Part shown: in pieces, positions 46,815 to 56,234 of the stretch
Layout: the number at the start of each line of letters is the position of its first letter
Position numbering within the stretch: the stretch's first letter is position 1
Assembly: GCA_017993575.1 (NCBI GenBank)
Contig: JAGOML010000002.1
Coordinates: 4,806 to 68,805 of the forward strand
Length of the DNA stretch: 64,000 nucleotides
Origin: Anaerolineaceae bacterium
GTDB taxonomy: Bacteria > Chloroflexota > Anaerolineae > Anaerolineales > Anaerolineaceae
Reading direction: 5' to 3'
Translations under genes and position numbers: made by a program
The notes under the pieces: generated by a model
What the model was told of the DNA's origin: nothing
Database searches by the model: none
The model's input: the letters and a program-made list of their open reading frames with translations, nothing else

Positions 46815-48685
46815 GTGATCAAGGGAAATCAACGATAGACAGCAAGCTGGAGAAAATACTTTTCAGCGTGGAGAAGCCTGGTCGGTATGTTGGCGGAGAA
46901 CACAACCAGGTGCGCAAAAGCTGGGAAAGCGTGGAAACGCGCGTCGCCTTGGTATTCCCGGACATTTATGACCTTGGACAGCCCAACCTCGGTCTTGCCA
47001 TTTTATACGACATCCTGAATCAGCAGCCGGATATACTGGCAGAGCGCGCTTATTCACCCTGGATGGACATGGAAGCGCTGCTACGCGAAAACCAGCTTCC
47101 ATTGTTTTCTTTGGAATCCAAAACCCCTCTGAACAAGTTTGATATCCTCGGTTTCACGCTGCCATATGAGCAAATCTATACGAATGTCCTCAATATTCTG
47201 AACCTTTCGGGCATTCCTTTACTGGCTGAAGAGCGTACTGCCGAACATCCTCTTATCATCGCCGGTGGGCAGGCTTGCTACAACCCAGAACCCATGGCGG
47301 ATTTTTTAGACGCTTTTGCCATCGGCGAAGGCGAAGAAATGATTTTGGAAATCGCGCGCGCTTTCCAAAAGTGGAAACGCTCCCAGGCACCACGAACTGA
47401 TTTACTAAAAATATTAGCGGAAATCCCAGGTGTTTATGTGCCCAGTCTTTACGAGGTGACATATTCTTCCGAGGGAACAATTTCGGGAGTATTCAGTCGA
47501 ATTCCTGGAGCCCCTCTGCCTGTTCAAAAACGCATATTATCAGTCCTGCCACCGGCGACGACCCGCTTTCTTGTCCCTAATGTAGAAACCGTCCACGACC
47601 GAATTTCAGTCGAAATTATGCGCGGATGCACGCGCGGTTGTCGTTTTTGCCACGCGGGCATGGTGAACCGTCCCGTTCGCGAGCGCAATTCAGACGAAAT
47701 TCTCACCGCTGTGCAAGAAGGTCTGGACGCCACAGGTTATGAGCAAGTCGGTTTGCTTTCGCTCTCCTCATCTGACCACACCCGTATTCTTGGGATTATT
47801 CAGGGCGTATACGACCAGTTTAAAGACAAACGCGTCCAAGTGAACTTGCCGTCCCTACGCATTGCATCTTTTTCAGTGGACTTGATGGATGAGCTTAAAG
47901 AACTGCGGCCAGGCGGTGGTTTCACGCTCGCGCCAGAAGCGGCCACGGAACGCATGCGCGCGATTATTAATAAACCGCTGGACGAAGAAGCGATTCTCGA
48001 AACAGCGCGGACAATCTTCGAACACGGTTGGTTAAGCCTGAAACTGTACTTTATGATTGGCCTGCCTCAGGAAACCATGGAAGACGTACAGGCCATCCTG
48101 GACCTTGCCCGTAAGATAAAAAACATTGGTAAGGTTGTTAAAGGCAATCGGGTCAGAATACATCTTGGCATAGCCACTTTCATCCCCAAACCGCATACGC
48201 CTTTCCAGTGGTATTCCATCGAAGACAGCCGTTCTTTGCAGTCCAAAATCGACCTTCTCAAAGATGGAACGCGAAAATCAGATATCAAAATGACCTACAA
48301 TCCCCCAGATTCCACGCTCCTGGAAAGCTGGCTCTCGCGTGGCGACCGCCGTTTGGGCGCCGTCATACTTCAGGCGTGGAAGAACGGCGCTAAGATGGAT
48401 GCCTGGACAGAGCGGTTTGATGTGAACGCCTGGCTGGAAGCCTTTGCCGCTTGCGGCATCGATCCGGATTTCTACACGAAAAGACAGCGCGGCCTGGATG
48501 AAATCCTGCCCTGGGACCACATCTCAATTGGTGTTAGCAAACGCTTTCTAATGACCGACTTGCGCTTGAGCCAGGCTGGCAAAACACGCGAGGACTGCCG
48601 CAAAAACTGCTTCAATTGCGGCATTCTGGACGCTTTTGGCAGCCTGAAACCCTCAGATGAAGAAATATATTGGGGGTGCCCATGA
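46811..48685 (+). CDS. Radical SAM protein, TIGR03960-like (B12-binding-like N-domain)
   Basis: CTRGCRFCHAG (CxxxCxxC). 624 aa. ATGA overlaps with the genes on both sides. Confidence 0.85.
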   Translation: MSDQGKSTIDSKLEKILFSVEKPGRYVGGEHNQVRKSWESVETRVALVFPDIYDLGQPNLGLAILYDILNQQPDILAERAYSPWMDMEALLRENQLPLFSLESKTPLNKFDILGFTLPYEQIYTNVLNILNLSGIPLLAEERTAEHPLIIAGGQACYNPEPMADFLDAFAIGEGEEMILEIARAFQKWKRSQAPRTDLLKILAEIPGVYVPSLYEVTYSSEGTISGVFSRIPGAPLPVQKRILSVLPPATTRFLVPNVETVHDRISVEIMRGCTRGCRFCHAGMVNRPVRERNSDEILTAVQEGLDATGYEQVGLLSLSSSDHTRILGIIQGVYDQFKDKRVQVNLPSLRIASFSVDLMDELKELRPGGGFTLAPEAATERMRAIINKPLDEEAILETARTIFEHGWLSLKLYFMIGLPQETMEDVQAILDLARKIKNIGKVVKGNRVRIHLGIATFIPKPHTPFQWYSIEDSRSLQSKIDLLKDGTRKSDIKMTYNPPDSTLLESWLSRGDRRLGAVILQAWKNGAKMDAWTERFDVNAWLEAFAACGIDPDFYTKRQRGLDEILPWDHISIGVSKRFLMTDLRLSQAGKTREDCRKNCFNCGILDAFGSLKPSDEEIYWGCP

Positions 48686-49347
48686 ATAACAATCCACCAG
48701 TGCGCGTTCGCGTGAAGTTTGCTAAGCATGGCGACTTACGCTTTACCGGGCATTTAGACCTACAGCGGCTCTTTGAACGCGCCCTACGCCGGTCTGGTCT
48801 TCCGCTTCGCTTCAGTCAGGGTTTCAATCCAAAGGTCAGGCTGAGCCTTGCCAGCGCGCTGCCGTTGGGCTTTTCTTCAGAGGCGGAATTATTGGATTTT
48901 TGGCTGGATGAGCAAGTGGACATCCCGCTAATCAAGCAAAATTTGGATCTCGCGCTGCCGAATGACATTAGTGTCAGGCAAATAGAATTAGTTTCGAATC
49001 AGCTCCCGAGCCTGCAATCCAGCCTGATTGCGTCGGAGTACCGCGTGAGCTTTTTTCCGGAGGGAGAGCCGCAGAAAGTAGCTGAAAAGCTCTCCAACTT
49101 ACTTGACCAGGAAAACATTCTTTTCACACGTCGCACAAAAACCGTTAATTACAAAAATCTGATACTTGCCGCTAACTGGTTGAAAACCCCGCAGGGGCTG
49201 GATTTGCTTCTGAGAATGAAATCCACTCCAGATGCCAATGGACGCCCCGACGAACTGCTGCGTCTCTTAGGTTTGACGCCCGGCAGTTACCAGGTTTGTC
49301 GTACTGCCTTAATCTTTAGTCCAGAGGAAATGAGAGAAGATGGATGA
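48682..49347 (+). CDS. TIGR03936/DUF2344-like radical-SAM-associated protein
   Basis: VRVRVKFAKHGDLRFTGHLDLQRLFERALRRSGLPL..QGFNPKVRLSLASALPLG. The ATG at 48682 forms an ATGA overlap with the radical SAM stop. Confidence 0.75.
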   Translation: MNNNPPVRVRVKFAKHGDLRFTGHLDLQRLFERALRRSGLPLRFSQGFNPKVRLSLASALPLGFSSEAELLDFWLDEQVDIPLIKQNLDLALPNDISVRQIELVSNQLPSLQSSLIASEYRVSFFPEGEPQKVAEKLSNLLDQENILFTRRTKTVNYKNLILAANWLKTPQGLDLLLRMKSTPDANGRPDELLRLLGLTPGSYQVCRTALIFSPEEMREDG

Positions 49348-49741
49348 TTGCGTTTTTTGCCGGATAATCGCAGGGGAAATTTCTTGTTGGAAAGTGCTGG
49401 AAACTGAACACGCTCTGGCATTCCTGGACCTTGAACCCATCAAAGAATATCACACGCTGGTGATTCCTAAAGCGCATTATCCGGATTTGTTCAGCATTCC
49501 CGAAGAAGTGCTCTGTCAGACGGGTTTAGCCATAAAACAGGTGATCCGTTTATACCAGGATAGGCTTGGCATTCAGGATATGCATTTGTTCAACAATTCC
49601 GGGAAATTTGCCCGACAAACAGTATTCCATCTGCATTTCCATATCGTCCCGGTTACGCCCGATAAGCCGCTGACAGATTTTAAAAAGCATCCGGAATTGG
49701 TCCGCGATTACCCCGAGATGCTGCGCGCGCTGGCATTGTGA
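49340..49741 (+). CDS. HIT family (histidine triad) protein
   Basis: CVFCRII.. N-terminus and the HLHFHIVP triad. 8-nt overlap with the upstream gene. Confidence 0.88.
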   Translation: MDDCVFCRIIAGEISCWKVLETEHALAFLDLEPIKEYHTLVIPKAHYPDLFSIPEEVLCQTGLAIKQVIRLYQDRLGIQDMHLFNNSGKFARQTVFHLHFHIVPVTPDKPLTDFKKHPELVRDYPEMLRALAL

Positions 49742-49777
49742 GAGAGTCTGAACGGACGCGGATTAAATGTTTTTGAG

Positions 49778-49783
49778 TATAAT
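49778..49783 (+). promoter_or_regulatory. Candidate -10 (TATAAT) for tRNA-Arg
   Basis: TTTTTGAGTATAAT. The hexamer ends 9 nt before the tRNA 5' end. No clear -35. Confidence 0.4.
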
Positions 49784-49792
49784 ATGCAGACT

Positions 49793-49864
49793 GTTCCCGT
49801 GGCCTAATGGAGAAGGCATCGGCCTCCGAAGCCGGTAATGTGAGTTCGAATCTCACCGGGAACA
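49793..49864 (+). tRNA. tRNA-Arg (anticodon CCG)
   Basis: GTTCCCG-TG-GCCT..AGGC-A-TCGGC-CTCCGAA-GCCGG-TAAT-GTGAG-TTCGAAT-CTCAC-CGGGAAC-A. Confidence 0.92.
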
Positions 49865-49935
49865 TTCGTTAATATCAGGCTGATTAAGGGGAAAGACTGC
49901 CAAAGCGGCCTGTACGATTTACGGCAGAGGTGATT

Positions 49936-51960
49936 ATGGGTGAAGAGAATGTTCGTCAACAAATCGAAAACCTCCGTAAGCAGTTGCATTACCACAACTA
50001 TCTGTATCATACGCTGGACGCGCCCGTCATTAGTGATTATGAATACGATCAGCTTTATAAGCGGCTAAAAGACCTCGAGGACGCGCATCCTGAACTTATC
50101 ACACCGGATTCCCCTACTCAACGCAGCGGTGGGGCGCCGTTGGATAGGTTCAGAAAAGTGGAACACCCCACCCCAGTCCTCAGCCTCGCCAATGGTTTCG
50201 GCCGGCAGGATACGCTGGATTGGTATGAGCGCATTTTGCGCCTCGACCCGGCGGTTGCTGGGGCGGATTATATGTTGGAACCCAAGCTGGACGGGCTTAC
50301 AGTTGTGCTGACGTATGAAAATGGGCTGTTTACGCTCGGCGCCACCCGCGGGGATGGGTTGGTAGGAGAGGACATCACCGAAAACCTCAAGACAGTGCCA
50401 ATGCTTCCACTGCGTATTCCGATTTCCAGTGATTTACAAGCGCCCAGCCGCTTGGTCGTGCGCGGTGAAGCGTTAATTTTCAAAGAGGATTTTGAGCGCT
50501 TAAATACCGAACTGGAAAAACGCGGAGAGAAAACCTATCTGAACCCCCGCAACACCGCGGCAGGGTCTCTTCGTCAGTTAGACCCGACAGTTACGGCTAA
50601 ACGTCCATTAAAAATCTACGTCTACCAAATACTTGTTTCTTCAGAGGATATCCCCCCAACACAAAGCGGCATTCTGAATTATCTCAAAACGTTGGGTTTT
50701 CCAGTCAACCCCCTATCCTGGAAAGCCGCGAATATTGAAGAAGCAATAGCGATTTGCGAGGAGCAGGCAGTCTCCCGCCATACCTGGCCTTACGATGCCG
50801 ATGGAATTGTCATCAAGGTCAATGACCAACGCTTATCGACACTACTTGGTTTTGCTGGCAAGGACCCGCGCAGCGCGCTGGCTTTTAAGTATCCGGGCCA
50901 GGAGGTTGAAACCACTTTATTGGATATCCAGGTAAACGTTGGCAGAACTGGCGTGCTTACTCCTCTCGCGATGCTTAAACCGGTGAGCATCGGTGGTGTG
51001 ATTGTGCGTCAGGCTACTTTGCACAACTTTGATTTCATCAGGGAAAAGGATATCCGCATCGGTGATCAGGTGCTCCTGAAGCGCGCGGGAGAAGTTATCC
51101 CTTACATACTCGGGCCCCTCCCAGAAAAACGCGTTGGCACTGAAATACCTTTCACTGTCCCAAACGTATGTCCTTCCTGTGCTTCTCCGATTCAGAAAGT
51201 GCCCGAGGAAGTGGCATATTACTGCGTGAACAGCAGCTGTCCGGCCCAATTAGTGCGGAACATCGAAAACTATGTGTCCCGCGGAGCGCTGGATATCACT
51301 GGTCTCGGCTCCCAAATCGTCGCCCAGCTGGTAGAAAGCGGTCTGGTCCGTTCTGCCGCGGACCTGTACACGCTGAACCGCGAGGAACTCCTGCGCCTGG
51401 ATAAGTTTGGTGAGAAGAAAGCGGATAACCTTCTGCAGGCTATCGAAGCTTCCAAGAAGCAGAGCCTGGAGCGGCTGATTATCGGTCTTGGCATTCATGG
51501 GGTGGGAGAAGTGGCCGCGCGAAAGCTTGCGCGCACATTCCAAAACCTCGACACTCTAAAACGTGTATCTGTAGAGGATCTGACAAACCTGGAAGGCATT
51601 GGCCCAAACATTGCCGAATCTATCACCAGTTGGTTCGCGCAGGCGCATAACCAGGAATTGCTAGAAAACTTCCGGGAGTACGGCGTTTGGCCGCAGGAAA
51701 CGGCTGAGCTCAGGCAGCAAGCTTCCTCCCAAGCCCTCAATGGCCTGACTTTTGTTATTACTGGCACGCTGCCAAGCCTCAGCCGCGAGCAAGCGGAAGC
51801 CTTGATTCTGGAGCACGGCGGAAATATTTCCTCCTCGGTCAGTAAGAAGACCAACTATCTGTTGCTGGGTGAGAATCCCGGCTCTAAGCACACTAAAGCG
51901 CTGGAACTTGGTATTCCCATCCTCGATGAAAACGGGTTTAAGAACTTGATTGGCGGGTAA
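49936..51960 (+). CDS. ligA: NAD-dependent DNA ligase
   Basis: KLDG adenylation motif (EPKLDGLTV), Zn-finger cysteines (CPSCASP..CVNSSCPAQ), HhH repeats and C-terminal BRCT. ATG at 49936 follows GAGGTG. Confidence 0.96.
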   Translation: MGEENVRQQIENLRKQLHYHNYLYHTLDAPVISDYEYDQLYKRLKDLEDAHPELITPDSPTQRSGGAPLDRFRKVEHPTPVLSLANGFGRQDTLDWYERILRLDPAVAGADYMLEPKLDGLTVVLTYENGLFTLGATRGDGLVGEDITENLKTVPMLPLRIPISSDLQAPSRLVVRGEALIFKEDFERLNTELEKRGEKTYLNPRNTAAGSLRQLDPTVTAKRPLKIYVYQILVSSEDIPPTQSGILNYLKTLGFPVNPLSWKAANIEEAIAICEEQAVSRHTWPYDADGIVIKVNDQRLSTLLGFAGKDPRSALAFKYPGQEVETTLLDIQVNVGRTGVLTPLAMLKPVSIGGVIVRQATLHNFDFIREKDIRIGDQVLLKRAGEVIPYILGPLPEKRVGTEIPFTVPNVCPSCASPIQKVPEEVAYYCVNSSCPAQLVRNIENYVSRGALDITGLGSQIVAQLVESGLVRSAADLYTLNREELLRLDKFGEKKADNLLQAIEASKKQSLERLIIGLGIHGVGEVAARKLARTFQNLDTLKRVSVEDLTNLEGIGPNIAESITSWFAQAHNQELLENFREYGVWPQETAELRQQASSQALNGLTFVITGTLPSLSREQAEALILEHGGNISSSVSKKTNYLLLGENPGSKHTKALELGIPILDENGFKNLIGG

Positions 51961-52014
51961 TCCGGGTTATGCCAAGTACTAACTTGGCAATAAATCGACC
52001 AAACACCCTCGACT

Positions 52015-52049
52015 GAAAAAAAGAAACCGGCGCAAACCGGTTTCTTTTT
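52015..52049. terminator. Bidirectional terminator between ligA and ssrA
   Basis: 9-bp stem AGAAACCGG/CCGGTTTCT with an A-run upstream and a T-run downstream, so it can act on both strands. Confidence 0.75.
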
Positions 52050-52050
52050 A

Positions 52051-52448
52051 GGTGGAGATGGCGGGAGTCGAACCCGCGTCCGAAAGATTAGACCCTCGGA
52101 TCTCTACGAGCGTAGTCAGTTATTCATTTTCATCCGCGCAAAGGTCAACTGACCAAACTTTACGCAGACAATCCGCTTGAGCCCGAAAGCCCTCTTAGGC
52201 CAGGTTCACGGCGCACCTGGCAGCATTCCGGCTTTTATGACGCCTTGACTGATTCCGGCCGGAAGGACGGCCTCAGGAGACGTGACCTCAAATGTGGAGG
52301 TCAGCTACTTCGATCCCGCTTATGCAGCGAGAGGGAGGGTAGCGTAGTTTGTGCTTTTGGCACTTGTTGTTTGTACTGATTTATCGAGGTCGGTACCTCT
52401 CGGCTCGCAATCCGGAACCAGCTTCTCCCGTCGAGACCTGGCATCCCC
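52051..52448 (-). ncRNA. ssrA: tmRNA (ssrA), one-piece
   Basis: Minus-strand 5' end GGGGATGCCAGGTCTCGACGGG. 3' end GACGCGGGTTCGACTCCCGCCATCTCCACC. G3:U pair in the acceptor stem. Internal tag frame GCC AAA AGC ACA AAC TAC GCT ACC CTC CCT CTC GCT GCA TAA at 52361-52320. Confidence 0.93.
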
Positions 52449-52464
52449 GTTGGTTCGAGTATAT

Positions 52465-52502
52465 CACAAAAAGAAAACCCCCCAGGTTAACCTGAGGGGT
52501 TT
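52465..52502 (-). terminator. Rho-independent terminator after the ABC substrate-binding gene
   Basis: The minus strand reads AAACCCCTCAGG-TTAA-CCTGGGGGGTTT, followed by TCTTTTTG. Confidence 0.7.
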
Positions 52503-52522
52503 GTACGAACTTTTGTGAAAAC

Positions 52523-53968
52523 TTACTTGATTTGAGCCATCTGCTCGGCAAGGATGGTATTGGCGTTGACGTTCGCTTCGTCAAGGAGAGCCTTGACGTC
52601 CGCGGTGACGTCGTCAACAATGCTGGTCATCACAACTTCGATGACATTGTCGCGAACGAAATCGTAACCAGGCACTGGGGGTTCGAAAACGCCGTAAGGA
52701 AGCAAGGAGATAGCGGTTCCGTAGGCTTCTTTGTTACCAGCGAATTCTGCGGTAACTTCGTCCGCAATGCTTGCTTTCACCGGGAAGTATCCAGAGGCCT
52801 TGGCCCACATGGCATTCACTGGGGCGCTGGTGTAGTATTTGACGAACAGCCAGGCAGCCAATTCACGTTCAGGGGTGGACTTGGGGATAGAGACAGAGGC
52901 GCCGTAGACGTTCATTACAGGATCAGCGGTGGTGTGAGGGATAGCGGATACGCCCCACTCGAAGGGGGTTCCATCAGCGCTAACAGCATCGCCGTAATAA
53001 AGCAGACCGGAGGAAGAACCAACGGCAAAGAGCAGAGTGCCGTTGCCGAAATCGGTCTGGTCGCCGTAGTTTTCGGTGACGAGGCGTGCGCAGCCATCAG
53101 CAAACAGGCTCTGGATGAAAGTCCAGGCTTGCACGGCGGCATCGCTGTTCAGGGTGAACTGGTTGGCGGTGTAATCGAACATGTCGCCGCCGAACGCGAA
53201 GGTCCAGCTGGCGAAGCGCGAGGTATCAATGCTCAGCTCATAACCAGTGGGAGAAGCTGCACCTTCAGTGGCACCACTAAAGGGGGTCACAGCGGCTTTG
53301 CAGGCCATTTCTTTGAACTGTTCGGGAGTGGCGGGCGGGGCATCGTAGCCAAGTTCTTTCAGCCAGTCCATGTTGTAGTACATGACTTCCATGGAGCGGT
53401 TGGGGGCCAGGCCAAGGCGCTGGTTGTCGAACAGGGAGAGCACGTCCTGGGCAAAGAAGCCGGGGAAGAAATCATCCTGCTCTTCTTTGGATATACCGTA
53501 TTCGGGATGGTCGATCAGTTCGTTCATATCGAACATGGCGTCTGCCAGTTGATAGGTCGCGACCTGATTCTGGTAGCCAACAACCACATCGGGCACATCA
53601 GGGGTGTTCAGGATCGGCAGCATCTTGTTGAAGATATCGCCATAGCTTCCGGCATATTCCGCCGTTACTTTGATGCCGTAGGGATTGGTGGTGTTGAAGT
53701 CCTCTACAATTTTTGCAATCGCGGCTTCGCGTTTGGAGCCGGTGTGCTGGTGCCACCAAACAATTTCTTTGGCGGGAACAACGCCAGCCCAAGGATCAAC
53801 CACTGGGGCTTCGGTCGGGGCTTCTGTCACGACTGGAGCTTCGGTCGGGGCTTCGGTCACGACTGGGGCCTCGGTCGGGGCGGGGGCTTCTGTTGCTTTA
53901 GCGCAAGCGCCGAGCACCAGGGAGGCAATCAGGATGACTGCCACAAACAAAACACTCGTTCTTCTCAT
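52523..53968 (-). CDS. ABC transporter substrate-binding lipoprotein (family 1, CUT1-type)
   Basis: Signal peptide with an LVLGAC lipobox, a (TEAPVV)n linker, then a typical family-1 SBP body (IVWWHQHTGSKRE..VVGYQNQ..). Confidence 0.88.
   Translation of the reverse strand: MRRTSVLFVAVILIASLVLGACAKATEAPAPTEAPVVTEAPTEAPVVTEAPTEAPVVDPWAGVVPAKEIVWWHQHTGSKREAAIAKIVEDFNTTNPYGIKVTAEYAGSYGDIFNKMLPILNTPDVPDVVVGYQNQVATYQLADAMFDMNELIDHPEYGISKEEQDDFFPGFFAQDVLSLFDNQRLGLAPNRSMEVMYYNMDWLKELGYDAPPATPEQFKEMACKAAVTPFSGATEGAASPTGYELSIDTSRFASWTFAFGGDMFDYTANQFTLNSDAAVQAWTFIQSLFADGCARLVTENYGDQTDFGNGTLLFAVGSSSGLLYYGDAVSADGTPFEWGVSAIPHTTADPVMNVYGASVSIPKSTPERELAAWLFVKYYTSAPVNAMWAKASGYFPVKASIADEVTAEFAGNKEAYGTAISLLPYGVFEPPVPGYDFVRDNVIEVVMTSIVDDVTADVKALLDEANVNANTILAEQMAQIK
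53801..53896 (-). repeat. Tandem repeat of about 30 bp inside the SBP gene, encoding TEAPVVTEAP linker copies
   Basis: The plus strand reads GACTGGRGCYTCGGTCGGGGCTTCKGTCAC about three times. Confidence 0.85.
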
Positions 53969-54062
53969 TTTTCAAAACCTCCATTTTGAATCTGACTAAT
54001 TGAGTAAAGCGATATCGAAGGGTGAGAATATACCTTCGCAATATCCAAATGTTTATTATATC

Positions 54063-54953
54063 CTATCCTTTCAATCCTGTTGTGGCAATTCCTTGGGTGA
54101 ATTGCTTTTGTGTCAAGAAGTAAACAATCAGAATTGGGATAATCGTAATCACCGCGCCAGCCATAAGCCAGTGGGTATAAGGCCCGGCTTCTTGCACAAA
54201 TCCGTACAAGCCTACCATCAGCGGTCGCCAGGTATCCCTGGTGGTGACAAGCAGCGGCCATTGGAAGGCATTCCACGAAGCGGTGAAGCCAAACAGGAGC
54301 ACTGTCATGATGGGCGCCTTGCTGATTGGCATCACAATCTGGATGAGAAAGCGCAAATGGTCGCAGCCGTCAATGCGTGCGGCGTCCCAAAGTTCATCCG
54401 GGATTTGCGCGAAGAATTGACGCAGCAGGAAAATGCTGAACGCGTTAGCCATGAAGGGAATCGTGAGCGCCCAGTAGGTATTTATCCAGGTGCCGCCCGG
54501 GAGCGGGATGACATTTCCGCGGATAAGGAGATAGTTGGGGATCAACGTGACGGATTCAGGAATCATCATCGTTGCCAGAAAAATGCCAAAAAGAATGTTT
54601 TTTCCTTTGAAATCTATCCTACCAAATGCATAGCCTGCCAGAATCGAAGTGAAGAGAAGTCCGGTTAAGGTGCCAAGAGTTATCAGCACGCTGTTTACAA
54701 AGTATTTTGAAAAATTAGCTTGGTCCCAAGCCTCTTTGTAGTTAATCCACTGGGGGACTTTTGGCAGGAGTTGGCGGGTAATCGTTTCCCCTAAGGTCAT
54801 TAGCGAATTCGAAATCATCCAAAAGAAGGGGAAGATGAAGATTAGTGCCCCCATCAGAAGGATCAGGTAAAGAACAATCTTACCCAGAATCCTGCCGGCG
54901 TGGATTTCTTTCTTACTTTTTTTGAGGGTAGGCAGTGCTGCTGAATTATCCAT
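54063..54953 (-). CDS. Carbohydrate-type ABC transporter permease (MalG/UgpE-like)
   Basis: 6 TM segments. EAA-loop region (DELWDAARIDGCDHLRFLIQIVMP). Confidence 0.9.
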   Translation of the reverse strand: MDNSAALPTLKKSKKEIHAGRILGKIVLYLILLMGALIFIFPFFWMISNSLMTLGETITRQLLPKVPQWINYKEAWDQANFSKYFVNSVLITLGTLTGLLFTSILAGYAFGRIDFKGKNILFGIFLATMMIPESVTLIPNYLLIRGNVIPLPGGTWINTYWALTIPFMANAFSIFLLRQFFAQIPDELWDAARIDGCDHLRFLIQIVMPISKAPIMTVLLFGFTASWNAFQWPLLVTTRDTWRPLMVGLYGFVQEAGPYTHWLMAGAVITIIPILIVYFLTQKQFTQGIATTGLKG

Positions 54954-56106
54954 AGAAGACCCGCTCTCCCATAATCTTGTTTTGCGCTAACGTCAGACCC
55001 AGGATGATGATGAACAAGACGATTGCCTGGGCTGTGGCAACACCGTACTGATTGGCTTTATAAAAACGATCGAAGACCAGCAAGCTTGTGGTGACAACTG
55101 AATTTTGCGCGCTCGGAGTTCGCATCACGTAAATGTGATTGAAGGCTTTAAATGTGCCAATAAATCCAATCAGCGTCAGGTAAAAGGTGACCGGGGAAAT
55201 CATTGGGATGGTAATGTGCCAGAAACGGTCCCACTTGCTGCCGCCATCAATCTCAGCCGCTTCGTAGATTTCCTTGGGGATATTCCCAAGACCAGAAAGG
55301 AAAATCACCGTGTTATATCCAACAAAGGACCAGATGCCGAAAATAATGATTGTCAGCAGCGCCAGGCTTGGCCCGTCTGCCAAACCGGAAACGTTTATGC
55401 CCAGCAAGCGCAGAACCGGTTTGGGTTCAAAGCGCCACTTCAGCGGGTCAATGCCAAAAAAGCCAATTAATCGGTTCGCGAGCGAAGTCTCCCGACTCGA
55501 GAAGATAATCTGAAAAACGACCGCGGTGCTGATGGAAGGCGTGATGTAAGGCAGGAAATAAATCATCCGGAAAGCTTCCTTGCCGATGATATCCTGGTAA
55601 AGGATATAGGCCAGTACCAAACCGAGAATAATCTCAGCCGGCACCGTCCCCAGCGCGTAATATATAGTCACAATCAGGGAGTTGAGAAAATCCTTGTTCC
55701 CTGTCTCGTACATCATCCCCCATCCGGTCACAAAAATGACGCCACCGAGGACAAGCACCAAAGCGCCCGCGATCCGTGCCAGCCGCCCTCCCTTACTTAC
55801 GGACTGGAAAGCCTTGCCCCAGACAAAATATCCGAGGATGATTAAGCCTAATCCGGTTACAAGCACCAGTAAATTCCACCAGGAACCGAAGATCAATAGG
55901 TAGTTTTTGTCACCGATAAAGGGTCCTTTGGTAACCTGCCAATTAAACAGGCTCATGTAAATGGAGTAGCCAATCGGGAATATACCAAAGATTAAGATAA
56001 CGATTAGAGCGGGAAGGATAAAGAGATAACCGGTAAGTTGTTCCTGCAGCTTGATGAGTTTCAGGGTTTTCCGGTGGGACTGGTGCGTTACTGTATTCTC
56101 AGCCAA
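54946..56106 (-). CDS. Carbohydrate-type ABC transporter permease (MalF/UgpA-like, extended N-terminus)
   Basis: EAA loop (EIYEAAEIDGGSKWDRFWHITIPM). TTG start 6 nt after GGAGG. 8-nt overlap with the next permease gene. Confidence 0.88.
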   Translation of the reverse strand: MAENTVTHQSHRKTLKLIKLQEQLTGYLFILPALIVILIFGIFPIGYSIYMSLFNWQVTKGPFIGDKNYLLIFGSWWNLLVLVTGLGLIILGYFVWGKAFQSVSKGGRLARIAGALVLVLGGVIFVTGWGMMYETGNKDFLNSLIVTIYYALGTVPAEIILGLVLAYILYQDIIGKEAFRMIYFLPYITPSISTAVVFQIIFSSRETSLANRLIGFFGIDPLKWRFEPKPVLRLLGINVSGLADGPSLALLTIIIFGIWSFVGYNTVIFLSGLGNIPKEIYEAAEIDGGSKWDRFWHITIPMISPVTFYLTLIGFIGTFKAFNHIYVMRTPSAQNSVVTTSLLVFDRFYKANQYGVATAQAIVLFIIILGLTLAQNKIMGERVFYG

Positions 56107-56234
56107 TGAAACCTCCAGGAGCCAGCTTGCAGATTGGTTTTGTTTTCAAACACCCTTTCATTTTACAGGATTTTTCCTTTCTGTGGGTTATGAAAAGGTT
56201 AACATTGTTCTTCTTCAGCCAATCCATAATTATT

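Noticed and set aside
52381-52620. 79-aa minus-strand ORF
   Set aside because: It overlaps the 5' part of the tmRNA gene and the SBP terminator.
53801-53896. CRISPR-like or minisatellite array
   Set aside because: The repeats are contiguous with no spacers, in frame, and encode the TEAPVV linker of a clearly real gene.
52532-53989. 485-aa plus-strand ORF mirroring the whole substrate-binding-protein gene
   Set aside because: It is exactly antisense to a gene with a lipoprotein signal, a family-1 SBP body and a terminator. Its product is Gly/Arg/Val-rich low complexity with no SD. It is a shadow ORF caused by codon bias.
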